DNA from: Lama glama
Lineage: Eukaryota
Assembly (NCBI GenBank): GCA_028534125.1
Contig: CM052817.1
Location: 46,874,001 to 46,938,000, forward strand
DNA length: 64,000 nt
Reading direction: 5' to 3'
The position numbers were made by a program, and so were the translations under genes. Under the pieces are notes generated by a model. It saw only the letters and a program-made list of their open reading frames with translations, had not been told where the DNA came from and did not search any database. The stretch's first letter is position 1. Every line of letters starts with the position of its first letter. Positions 14,001 to 26,099 of this stretch are shown in pieces.

Positions 14001-15790
14001 ACTGTGTTTGTAGAGCAGCATCTAATATACTTATGTTTCATAGTACATATTAAGGAGGCCTGAACATACTTAGTGAAAAATTCTAAAAATTGCTCTCAGC
14101 TTTCTATGTTTAGAAAAGTAAATACATTTTGAAGCAATTTAAAATAAACTATTTCAGGTTACTACTAATGGCAAACACTCTATTGTCAATTGTTTAGGAA
14201 TAGGATGGAAAACTTTATTAATTGTAAAATCTCAGAAAACTTGGAAAATATAGAATGGTTCAAATAAAGTTAAAATGAACAATGTTATTATGGTATATGT
14301 TTCCTTTCAGTCCATTCTCTGCACAAATACAGATATATCACCTTTTTTATAAATTGGGACCATATTGTTTTAAAGTATTATATATCTTGATTTTTCCTGC
14401 TTCTACGTTATTTATATTTTCTATGTCCTTACATATTTGCTGAAAGTATCAATTTAAATAAATCTTTCAAAATTATCTTTTTTTGGATATTATAAATAAT
14501 TCTGCAATGAGTGTTTTTCTGTGTTTCCTCTGGATTTCGGAAAATTTCTAGTAGATTTCTAGTTCAAGGGATATGGATTTTGAAACTTTTGTTAATTACA
14601 TTAATACATATTCATTGTAAAGATTTTGAAGCATATAGGAAAAATACAGCATTTTAATATTTACAACTCAATCTTTTTGCTCACATCTGAATTTTTATTA
14701 GACTTGAGAATTTTGTGTCCTAACCTTTAACATATACATGCCTTGAGCTTTTTTCTATTTTATTAATTTTTCTGAAAATAATTCTTTTGGTGATTTCGTA
14801 CTGTTCTAGCTTGAGAATATAACTTACTGTGCATTTATATTATTTGTTATCTAGGTTATTTCTAGTTTTTCTACTAGAAAAACATTTGTTAAATGTCTTC
14901 TGGCCATTTTGCTAGGAAAAATGGCTTTATGTTTTGAGAGAATCTTTATTGATATGAATCTTTGTCAAATGTGGTAAATTTTTTTTCTGAGATTATTATT
15001 TACATTTTTTATAAGTTTTTTTGCAAAACTTTTTTATATAAAAGTGTCTTTTCTTTTCCTTTGTAATTAATTTCTCTTCTTTTATATTTAAAAACAGAGT
15101 TTTCCCCTTAATATTCATCTATATGTTTTTTAACTCGATCTTATTAGAATTTATTTTATATTGTAATACATGGTGTGATAAGTAAGACTGTTAACTTTTT
15201 TCTCCCAGCACCATTTAAGCAGGTGATTAATTAGTGAGGTCATACCTTTTATATTCCAGGATACCTATTCTTTACAGAATTACTACTTTTTTAACCAGGA
15301 TTGGCTAAATCCTATGAGTAATCCTTGAGTAAAAACAGAGCTTGACATTCAGTAGATCTGTAGTTAAACTTGAACACTAGTCCCCCAAAGGGATATACAT
15401 TTGGCATTACAGTTGTACTCATGATAACAATCTAACTGCTGATGGAGAGGAGAGAGTAATCATAGTGGTGGTTGATGTGGGGTTATCTGAAAGGTAGGGG
15501 TGGATGCCTGATTACAAGAGTCCAGTGATCCAGTTTTATTCATCAGTTCCTAGCATAGTGCTGAGTATATTAGAGGTATTTTGATGTGTTTGTTTAATAA
15601 CTGAGGAAGCATGAGAAAGAAAAGTTCTGATGTCTTTTATGTGATTTATAAAATGTTTGGCTGTTTTTGAATGTAAACTAAAGCTAACAGCCGTTAGGAT
15701 AACTAAATGCCTTTCAATTAAAAGAAGTTATTTTTGTCTTCATATATTAAACTACTTTCATGATGGAGCTATTAATTTTTATTTTTTAGA

Positions 15791-15954
15791 CTGTGGTTTA
15801 ATCTTGGTCTTGCATTCATATTAAACTGGGGGCTTCTAGAAATTCTTATACCCAACCCATACTCCAGAATGATTAAATCAGAGCATCTGAGGATATGGCA
15901 GGCATCAGTACTTTTTCTGTTAATTCTAGTGTGTAGCTAAAGTTGAGAACCATT
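15791..15954. mobile_element. MER5-like hAT MITE remnant
   Basis: Motifs cccatactccagaatgattaaatcagagcatctg and aagttgagaaccatt. Confidence 0.55.
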
Positions 15955-16010
15955 AGTCTAAGGCTGTAGATAAAGAGAATTTAAAGCAATGTGCCTCAGA
16001 ATTCTCCAAG

Positions 16011-16389
16011 TGTCTCAGTCAACTGAGGCTGCTATAATAAAGTATTACAGACTGAGTGGTTTGTAAACAACAGAAATTTATGGCTCATAGTTCTGGAGGC
16101 TTGAAGTCTGAGATCTCAGGGTGCCAGTGTGGTGTCAGGTTCTACTGAAGACCCTCCTCCATGTTGTAGACAGCTGACTTCTTGTACTTTCATGTGGTGG
16201 AGAGCAAAGATAGGAAGCAAGTTCTCTTACGACTCTTACAAGGGCATTAGTCCCATTCATGAAGGCTCTATCCTCATGACATCTAATCCTAATTACTTCC
16301 CAAAGGCCTCACCTTTTAATACCATTACATTGTGTGGTAGATCTGAACATATGATTTTAGGAGGGACACAAGCATTTTGGTCCATAGCA
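16011..16389 (-). mobile_element. Solo MaLR LTR (MLT1A-like)
   Basis: TG...CA termini, 5 bp TSD ccaag at 16006-16010 and 16390-16394; typical gctgctataa/aaacaacagaaattta/agttctggaggc motifs. Confidence 0.88.
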
Positions 16390-16894
16390 CCAAGGAAGTA
16401 AAATTGCTTCTTTATTTTATGTTAAATGGAAAGCAGACCTTTGAATTCGCTGTCACTTTCTAAAAAAAATTCAGATGGGGAAATTCTGTAGTCTGTTATG
16501 ATAGACTTTTTCAGTATTTAAATAGTCTGGACAATAATGTTCCTTCTGTGTTTTATAATACAAATCTATTTTGTTCTGTAATTAATGCACACAGAGACAA
16601 AGCTCTTCTGTGTTTCTTTTAGGATTCTGAAATTAATGATGGATTAAAAATATGAGTAAATCTCTGTTAGCACAAGAACATTTTTGTGTTTAATTTTTTT
16701 TAGCTTCAAAAAAGGATGTATACTCAACTGTATTAATGTTCATTGCAATAATACTCTAGATGAAAAAGATATGCTTCATGGATATACTCTGTCAGAAAAT
16801 TTTTTAAGGTGATGAAAAACTATGGAAAGCATAGAGATACATTTCAGAGTATCCAAGTAAAGGACTTGTCAAAGTTAAATATCTTTAGTGATAT

Positions 16895-17260
16895 GATTCA
16901 ACATATATTTATCGACTGCCTCCTAGGTGTCCTGCACTGCTCCTGGCTTAGACTGCAGCTGTGAAAAAGACAGATGAAGTTCCTACTTTGTAGGAACTTA
17001 TATTTTAGTTGAGAAGACTGACAGTATGTAATTTGACTAGAAAATAAATAATACAATTTAATATTGGCATTGATGCTATTAAAAAGTGAAGTCGAGATGA
17101 TGGGATAGACTGTGACAGAGAGGAGGAGCTATTTTGTTCATGGGCTCAGAAAATAATACTCTGAGGAATGACAAATTTAAACAGAAACCTGAATGTTGAG
17201 AATAAGCTAGTTATTTGAAAATCTTAGTGAATTCCAGGCAGAGGGAATTGTAGTTATAAA
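16895..17260 (-). mobile_element. LINE-2 3' end remnant
   Basis: attcaacatattttatcgactgcctcctaggtgtcctgcactg...cttatattttagttgagaagac, typical of the reverse L2 tail. Confidence 0.6.
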
Positions 17261-20200
17261 TTCCTGGGGTATTCCTCTATAGTTAATGTTTTGAAGGGGA
17301 TTAGAAGAAGTACAATTAATTAGAATATTTTATGTAAGTTAATGGAAAATTGAGACATATTTTCTTCAGTTAAATACAGGATTTCTTGCTGGAAGGTGCC
17401 TGGGAGACTGACATTTTCTTTGTCCTGATGGCTTTTTTTTTTTTAAATTCTTTTTTAATCCCCTCCCATTTTCCTCCTTTCCTTCTCTTTTTATCCTACT
17501 CCCACCCTCACCCTGCCTCCCCAATGTGCCTGGGCAGGGTGCAGAGGCAGGCTACATTTCTTAGCAACCTATAGTGAAGGACCCAGGGCAAGCATCAAAA
17601 TAATTTCTGTGGTATAATCACTGATGTCCTTTTGTCATAACTTGAGGCAAATAGAGCCATGAATAGGAGATGTGTTGGGAAGAGATCGAGGATTGTTTAG
17701 AATGTTCTATAGCTACTTCCTCTTGGATTTGCTCACAGAAAGTAAGAATTCATTAAGATTTTTGATACCAAACTCTTCAAATTTTTGTGTATCTTTTAAT
17801 ACAAGTTTTAGGTCACCTTTCTTAGCTAGGATATTTCACCTTCACATTTTTAAAGATTTGTGATTTGTTATGTTCATGACTCATCTAATTTAGTATGTAA
17901 TTCATTGGAGAATGTATTTGGGTATCGTTTTGGGAAAGGATGGCTTTGATTTTGTTGGGGGATATGTGGTAGGTGCCAGATGTCCAATAGAAGAAATTTT
18001 ATAATTTTGGTATAATCTCCTTCGTGATTTGGGGTGAAGTTGTAGTATACTAAATTATCTTAATTTTCTTATCTCTGTGATATTAGACTGTTTATACTAA
18101 GGAATTACTTCTTGAGTTATTAATCATGACTCATGGGGCTTTCAACATTTGAACTCTTTTCTTTTACAAAAATATGGATTTTGGATGAGGTTTTGCATAT
18201 GCATGTATATTTCAAAGCCATTTTGCCAGCATATCATATAGACAACTTAGCCACATTTAAGAAGTCTTGAGCTTTGAGTGTCAAGTAGACATATTTTTAA
18301 ATAATCTGACTCTATCAAAAAGAACATATTGCTAATGGCTATTCAGTTAATTTGTTGGGTGTATGTTTGCAATGAAACAGGATTTTCGTTTGCAATGAGA
18401 AACTAAAGTAAATAATGTGTTTGGATTATTTAAGGAGTTCAGTATGTAGACTTAAATATTTTTATTGCTTATTAAATCATAATTTGTATTATTTTATTGT
18501 CATGACTCTAGGATCAAAGTCAATGATATTTTAGTAAAACTATTCTGCTCCATTGAATGTTTCTTTAAAACAAGTGAATACTCATATACAATTAATAAGT
18601 AGATGGAATGATCATATGTTTCAGTTTGCTTTGGACAATTTCAGTTTATACTTGTTTTCTTGAGGTAATTTGAAAAATGTTTTGATTTAGATTATATATA
18701 TGGATACCTAAAGTTAGGTGAATGATGGCAGTATAACTTTGAGGTTACATTGATTTGTATACAGTTTTTCCCAGTATTTTTACGTTTTGTACAATCAGAT
18801 GATAGGGGCTGAATGTACAGTATACTAGCACACTTGAATACACCAAGTCAAAGAGTAGATAATGTATTTAATGTGATGCTCATTCACCTGAGTTTTTTTG
18901 TCATGGTTCAGTTTGGCTAAATGTTCTTTCTTGAAAGTGCTATTACAGGGTTCTCTTTTCTTTTAAAAGTTAAGACATATTTACTATAGTATTTCTTTAC
19001 TTGTAGTGTTCTGATTAGAGTTGCTTAAATTTTGAGTGAAATGTCCCCAATCCTATTTTTTCCCTATGTCATATTATTTTTAATGTGCTAATTTACAGAA
19101 TGTGAGGTTTATCAGGATGCATTCATTGTGTTATAGCACAATTCTCTGTGCTGTAAATATTGCATAAACCTTGATTTCCATAATGTAAACAGCGTTCAGT
19201 ATATGACTATAGGCATATAAGACTTGAGTGATATTTGCATAATAACTGCTTTCCTACCTTCTACCACAAGCGCCCTTATTGTGGGTGGGATGTATTAGCA
19301 ACACAAGATCTAACAACTATTTCAGAGCTGCACAGTTTAGAGTGATTGGTGGAGAGTTGGAGGCTCAAAGGGTGCTATCCTGAGTTCTAAATAACCAGCA
19401 GACAAATAGAACATTTGAGTTAGAGAATGCTTATAGATCTCTTGCTAAAAATTGAGTTTATTAATTTCTTTCAAACATTTTAAATGTAGTAAATAAAATA
19501 CGCTGTATCTGTGACATTTAGATGTGTGAAGTGCTGTGGTGGAAACAGATTTAGTAGAGACAGATCCTACCAATCAGGAGTTACTGATCTCATTGAGACT
19601 CACATCCAGATTAATAAGCTAATAAACAATATCTGTTGAGTACAACTGGCCATGAAGATTCTTTTAATAATGCAAGTGATAATTAATTTTTAATCTTTGT
19701 AATTTAAGATACTTAAATTTCATTATTTGCTTAAACTCACTGCACAGTAGTCCTGTTCTTAGGATGAAGACAAGACTTTTGTGGAAACACCATGTGACTC
19801 AAACTGCATGCCTCCGGCTTCTTGTCTGCCAGCAGGCAACAAACTCAGTGAATTAGAAAGTAAGATTTCAGTGGGGAAAGCAAGATAGGGCAAGTTATGA
19901 TTAGTTCTATAGTTTGAGGGTTTTTTCCCTGCACATGTATTTTCATGATTGTTATTTTCATGTATATCTAGTAAAACTATTCCAAAATAAGAGTTAATGA
20001 CAGCTTACAAAGAGCAGTAAATTTCCAGGGGCCATTTGAATAATTTTTGTGAACCTTTTACCAGGTCATGCCAAAAAATCCCCACAAACTTAGTTATGGA
20101 AAGCTCTTAATGTATCAGTCCTTTGAAATGGTTCTTGGGGTCAGTGCTAAGCAATGAATTGAGTTAGTTGATAATAGCTACTTAAATATAAACTTTAGGA

Positions 20201-21485
20201 TATAGAGGAGCTACTAAAATGTCTACATACTTTATGAAGTAATTTTGAAAAATATTGATTCTTGTTCACACTAACATTTTATGAAATAATTTTATTTTTG
20301 ATTCTTGATATGTACTTTGATGTAAATGTCTTTACACTTAACGTTTTGGGTCATTAGCACAGCTTGTCAGAACACATCTTTCTTTCAGTTTAAGATTAGT
20401 GAGATAAAGTACTTTTGCAGCTGTCTATAAACATCTCTTCTTAAACTTTAAAACACCTGGGGTTTTCATTTTTCTTCTGTCTATTCTTGATTGCTACAGT
20501 GAAATCATTTACCAAGTAGTTTTAAAATGTGATCCAGCATTTAGAATTGACGACTGGGAATAAATTTTTAACCCTGTTACATTTCTTTCCTTCAGAAAAA
20601 TTGTCATGTGAATTTTACATATACTTATATGCTAGTATTATTTGGGCTAATGTGTCTTCCCCAAATAAGGAAGCATACAATGTGACTGCCCCTTTTCCAA
20701 AGTATTTTTTGATATGGGTGGAGGAGGGTAAGCATTGCTTTACATTTGGTTGTATATTACTATTTGGCTTCTGTGTGCAAATTTAGATTTTATGACTAAT
20801 TTCTATGCAAAATACAATTAATTTTAAAATTAGAAAGTATCTTTCTGTAAGTTCATTGAGATTGATAATACAAATGTTCTAAAGCCTCACCTAAGAAAGA
20901 GTTAACATTTTTTTCTACCTTTAGGATTTTGAAACTTAGGGAAAATCACAAATGAGCAGAAGTAGAGTCTATTCTTATTACAGGCATAAAAATGTACCTT
21001 TTAAAAACTACCTTTTGACTTACTTAAAGCAAAATGAATGAGTAGAGAAAACTATTACAATAGGTAGCAGTAATCTGTTCCAGTAATCAAAAATTTGATT
21101 GAAATTTATCAGATTCGGTACATGTATATATATGAATTCAAGTAAGCAAGTATCTAGTGTCCTAATGTTACTGCTGCTCACCATCATTTGACATACCGAG
21201 AATATTCTTTTTTGTTAGATTTCACCTAGATGTTGGAAATTGTTCATTCAGCAACTATTTTATTAAACACCTGTAGTGTTCTTAGAACTTGGTTACATAA
21301 GTGACTGAGACATCATAATCCTTGACACCTTGGAACATTGTAAAGACTTTGACATTGATTTAAGTGAAATGGGAACCATTGGTCAGTTTTGAACAAAAGA
21401 GTGATAAGATTTGCTTTAGCTTTTCAAAAGAATTGGAATACATAGAAATCTAACTCTTAATTATTTGTGCCCGATTAAGTTTTAG

Positions 21486-21487
<2 letters not shown>

Positions 21488-21523
<36 letters not shown>
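21488..21523. repeat. (GT)18 microsatellite
   Basis: Perfect dinucleotide run. Confidence 0.97.
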
Positions 21524-21525
<2 letters not shown>

Positions 21526-22589
21526 ATATATATAATTTAGATAGGGTTCAATTTGTGGAATGATAGTCTACTGAAAATCCTCTCCTCTGTTGCTGCCCTC
21601 TGTAAAGTATTATCTCTGAGCAGTGAAGCCAATGAGAAGATGAAGATAGTAAAGACAAGGCTCTATACTTTCCTCTGAGAAAAAGTAAAGCAGGAAGAAG
21701 GCCTTTCTTTTCTTGGAGATGGGGAAGAGAGCGCAGAAAAATATCATTTTAAGATATGTTTAATTGATGTGTCTATAGCACATCCAGGAAGATATATCTA
21801 GTGGTTTAGATAATACTGAACTGAAGCTCAGCAGAGAAGTCCGTTTGGGAGAGAGAAATATTTGAAAATTATCAGTAGAATAAGTCATAGTTAAAACTTG
21901 TGTTTATAGATGACATTACCTTGCTGTATAAATTAAGCAAAAAGAAAGAAACAAGGTAGAATGAAGAGGACATATCAGTATTTAAATGAGTTAGCCAAGA
22001 AAGAGAAACTCAGAAGGTCCTGATTACAAAATATTTGAGATGATGTGCACATTTAATTGTGAACTGAACAGGAAAGAAATGATCTAGAAGGGAACATCTA
22101 AGCTGAATGAAAGAGGAAAGATATAGGATCCTAGCATGCAGTTAAATATGGATTTAATAGATAATAAAATGATAGAATTAGAGATGCTAGATACTAAAAT
22201 GTAAAATTTCAGAGTTAGAAAAAGATACAGATGTTCAATGTTTAACCACGGGAGTAGATTATCATTGATTAGGTGGTATTTAAGATCCTTTCCACCTTTA
22301 AAATTTTAAGATTCTGGGCGAGGAGCATTCATATTTTTCTCTGTTAAATGTCAAAGACAAATTGATACTAATAATCTTTCTTTTTAATTGACTTAAATTT
22401 CCTCATATTTGATGTTTATTTAATAATACAATTTTATTATTTTTTATCATTTTTTGATAATACAACTTTGGTACAGTATGGCTTTCTGTCAGTTATATCC
22501 ATTGAATTTAAAACTCCTATAAAACTTCAGAAATAATTTGATTTTGATTAAAAGAGTCTCTGTTCTCTGATTAATGAAATTAAACTAAA

Positions 22590-25290
22590 AATAAAAAATG
22601 GAAAGCTCTCTGGATAACCTTCAAATATCTGAAAATTAAACAACGTATCTTAAAAATAATACACAGGTCAAAGAGGAAGCCCCCTGGGAAATTAAAAAAT
22701 ATTTTGAATTGAATGAAATATATCAGAATTTGTGGTATGCAGCTTAAGTAGTGCTTAGAGAGAAGTTTAAAACATTAAATGATTAAATGATTATATTTAA
22801 AAAAGAATAAAGTCAGTGAGGAATTAGAAAAAGAAGAACAATTTAAATCAAAGAAGGCAGAATGAAAGCAGTAATACAAATAAAAGTAGAAATCACTGAA
22901 ACTGAGTGTAGAAACAAGAAAATAAAACTGAAAGTTGGTTCTTTGAAAGAATCGTTAAAACTGATCAAGAGAGAGAAGACATAGTATCCCACCCACGTAC
23001 ATTATTTATTAAAAGGCTAATAAGGGAGTATTATGAATTACTTTGCCAACTAATTTAACTTAGGTGAAATGGACAAATTCTGTGAAAAACACAAACTGTC
23101 AAATCTCCCTGAAGATAAAATAAATAACCTGAATAATATTATATCTAACAGAGAAATAGTATTTCTAATTAAAAACCTTTCAGCAAAGAAAACTCCATGT
23201 CTGAATGGCTTTGTCCTCATCATTCCTACTCAACATAGTATTGAAGATCCTAGTCCGGTATGTTAAAAAAAAAAAAAGCACGAAATTGGAAAGAAACAAG
23301 TAAAACATCTTTCTTCACAGATGACATGATTGTCTATGCACAAAATCTAATGAAATCTTAAAAAAAAGGTACTTAAACTAATTAGTGAGTTTAGCAAGGT
23401 CTCATATTTTTGTATATTAGAATTGAACATTTGAAAAATGAAGCATTTTTAAAGTATCAATTATAATAATACCAAAAACCAAGAAACATTTAAGGATAAA
23501 GTGTGTATGTAATTTATATATTGGAAACTATAAAACATTTATGAGAGAAATAAAGAATAAGCTAAATAAATGAAAATATATATACTATATTCATGATTTG
23601 GAAGATTCAGTCCTATTAAGATGTCATTCCCCTCCCTCTCCTTCCCCCAAAATGGCCTGTAGAATTCAACACAGTTTGAATCAAAATCCTACCAGAGGTT
23701 GGATGGGTGTATCTCAGTGGTAGAGCGCGTGCTTAGCATGCACAAGGTCCTAGGTTCAATCCCCAGTACCTCCATAAAAAAAAAAAATCCTACCAGGCCT
23801 TTTTTTTCATATTGATAGAAATCGGCAAACTGTTTCTAATATCTATATAGAAAAGAAAAGACTCTAGAATACCCAAAACAATTTTGAAAAAAAGAACAAA
23901 GTTGAATTTCAAGACTTAATATAAAGCTGTATTAACAAAGATATTGTGATATTGATGAAAGGATAGACATGGAAATTAATAGAATAGACAATTTAGACAA
24001 AATCCATGTCTTGATTTTTCACAGAGATGCCTAGGTATCTTTTCTTAATAGAAAAAATACAGTCTTCTCAATGAATGGTGCTGGAACATTTGTATATACT
24101 TTTACAAAAGGAACTTCAACTCATGCTTGCACTTGATGCAAAAATTGACTTCAATTTGATCGTAAATCTAGATATAAAAGATAAAACAATAAAACTCTAG
24201 AAGAGAACATAGAAAAATTTTGTGACCTTAGATTAGGCAAAAATGTTTTCAATAGGACACAGTAAATGCAAAATAAAAGAAAAAAATGATAATTTGGACT
24301 TCATCAAATTTAACGAACGTTTGTTCTTCAAAAGATACTGAAAAACTGAAGAGACACACAATCAGCTTAGAGAAAACATTTGCAAACCATATGTCTTATA
24401 AAAAGACTTGTATCCTGACTATATTAAGGATACTCACAACTCAGTAATGAGAGAACACAAACAACTGGACAAAAAATGAGGAAAAGGTTTTTGACATACT
24501 TCATGGAATAAAATGCACTGATGGCAAATAAGCAGAGGGGAAGATCCTCAGTATCATTCACTAATCACTAAGAAATTGGAGAGTAAAACAATGTTATTTA
24601 GTCCTAGTAGACCAAGGAGGAGGAATAAAAGAAAGGAAAAACTGACAATACCAAATGGTGAGAATCCAGAGCATCCAGAACTCTCATTCATTGCAGGTGG
24701 GAAATCAAAATGGCACTGTAATTTGTAAGTCTAGCAGTATATATAAGTTACAAGTTTTAATTTAAGAATATATTAAAATTTAAGAGTATATTAAAATTTT
24801 AGAGTTTATAATTTAAATATACTCTTAACATATGACATGTCCTCATGTATTTATCTAAGGACAATGGAAACATGCCTACATAAAGCCTTGTATTCAAATG
24901 TTCATTAACTGGTGAAGAGTTAAACAAGTTGAGGTGTATCCATATGATGGAATAATATTTGGTAATAAAAAGAAATGAACTACTGATGTATGCTATAGCA
25001 TGCATGAATTTCAGAGGCATTGTGCATTTGTGAAGGAAGCTACACTCAAAACTGGGTGACTCCATTTCATTCTGGAAAAGAAAAAATGAAACATCATGGT
25101 TGCTGGGGACAGAGGGTAGTAGTAAGGGATTCTCTATAAAAAGGGAGAAGAGAAATTTTTGAGTAATAGAAATATTGTCTATCTTGATTGTGGTGGTAAT
25201 TATATATTTGTAAAATTAATAGATTTATACAACTAATAATGGGTGAATTTTATTCTAAATTATACTTTGATAAACCTGGCTTTCAAAAAA
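22590..25290 (+). mobile_element. Old LINE-1 remnant, sense orientation (ORF2 with internal deletion + 3'UTR)
   Basis: ORF 23069..23266 (MDKF...NNLN..I...EI...IKNL..KKTP..NGF) is the ORF2 pre-RT region; gatgacatgattgtcta is the RT (F)ADDM motif; A-rich + strand. Confidence 0.88.
23696..23783 (+). mobile_element. tRNA-Ala(AGC)-derived SINE (short form) nested in L1
   Basis: tctcagtggtagagcgcgtgcttagcatgcacaaggtcctaggttcaatccccagtacctcca + A tail; 13 bp TSD aaaatcctaccag at 23683-23695 and 23784-23796. Confidence 0.93.
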
Positions 25291-26099
25291 TTAATTGGAT
25301 ACAGAAGGAAAAAGAATGAGGGGAAAGAGTATAATATTTTCCTGATTTTGCTCCTCTTGGGAAAATAAGCAATTGTTTTAATTGAATCTTAACAATTACT
25401 TGATTTTGATGCCAAGACTTTTTTCATTCCCTTCTAATTAGGTTGCATATATATTTCAGACTGAATTACATATACCAGCAAGTTAATAATTTGTATCTCA
25501 GAATAATAAAAATTATTATGATAGGTCTTTTGGAATTTTTGTTAGAAATAGGGAAATAAGTTATTCTTGATATTTTTCTTCAAAGATCTTAAGTTTTTTC
25601 TTAATTATTTGCTAAGATTACAGTAGGAATCTACACTGTCACTTTTTTTAAAATGACAGACAAGTAAAAAAGTGAAATTTTCTCATTGATTTCATTCTTT
25701 GAGTACCACTGTTAATCACTTGGGTTTATGTATCTTGAAATCTTTTGTTTATGTTCTTGTAGATACATAACATTTTGTTTTTAAAATCAACTTGAACAGA
25801 CACATACCTTGCTTGCTTTTCTGAAGCTGGCATTTTTCACCTAATGTAATGTAATGTTGATATTTTTCTGCATCAATATTTGTATATTCATTCAGGAAAT
25901 ATTTTTAAGTACCTAATGTTTAAGGCTCCTATTTTGGTTGTAAAGGACAAAGGAAGGACCAAAATGTGAATTTATATTCAAGTAAGAAGATAATAAACAA
26001 ATTGAGGGGAAAATGTCACTATTGTTAAGTTTCAGAAAGATAAATAATGAAGGCTAAAGAGATGAAAAGTAATGGAACAGAATGAGCAGGACAGGTACA

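Noticed and set aside
23696..23783. Functional tRNA-Ala gene
   Set aside because: A tail, TSD, insertion inside an L1, A-box/stem substitutions and no T-run terminator directly after the tRNA-like part indicate a retroposed copy.
24764..24815. Short tandem repeats (18 bp unit here; also near 1688, 4680, 33983, 50531) as an array or CRISPR-like structure
   Set aside because: Only 2-3 copies without unique spacers; ordinary slippage duplications in a eukaryotic intron.
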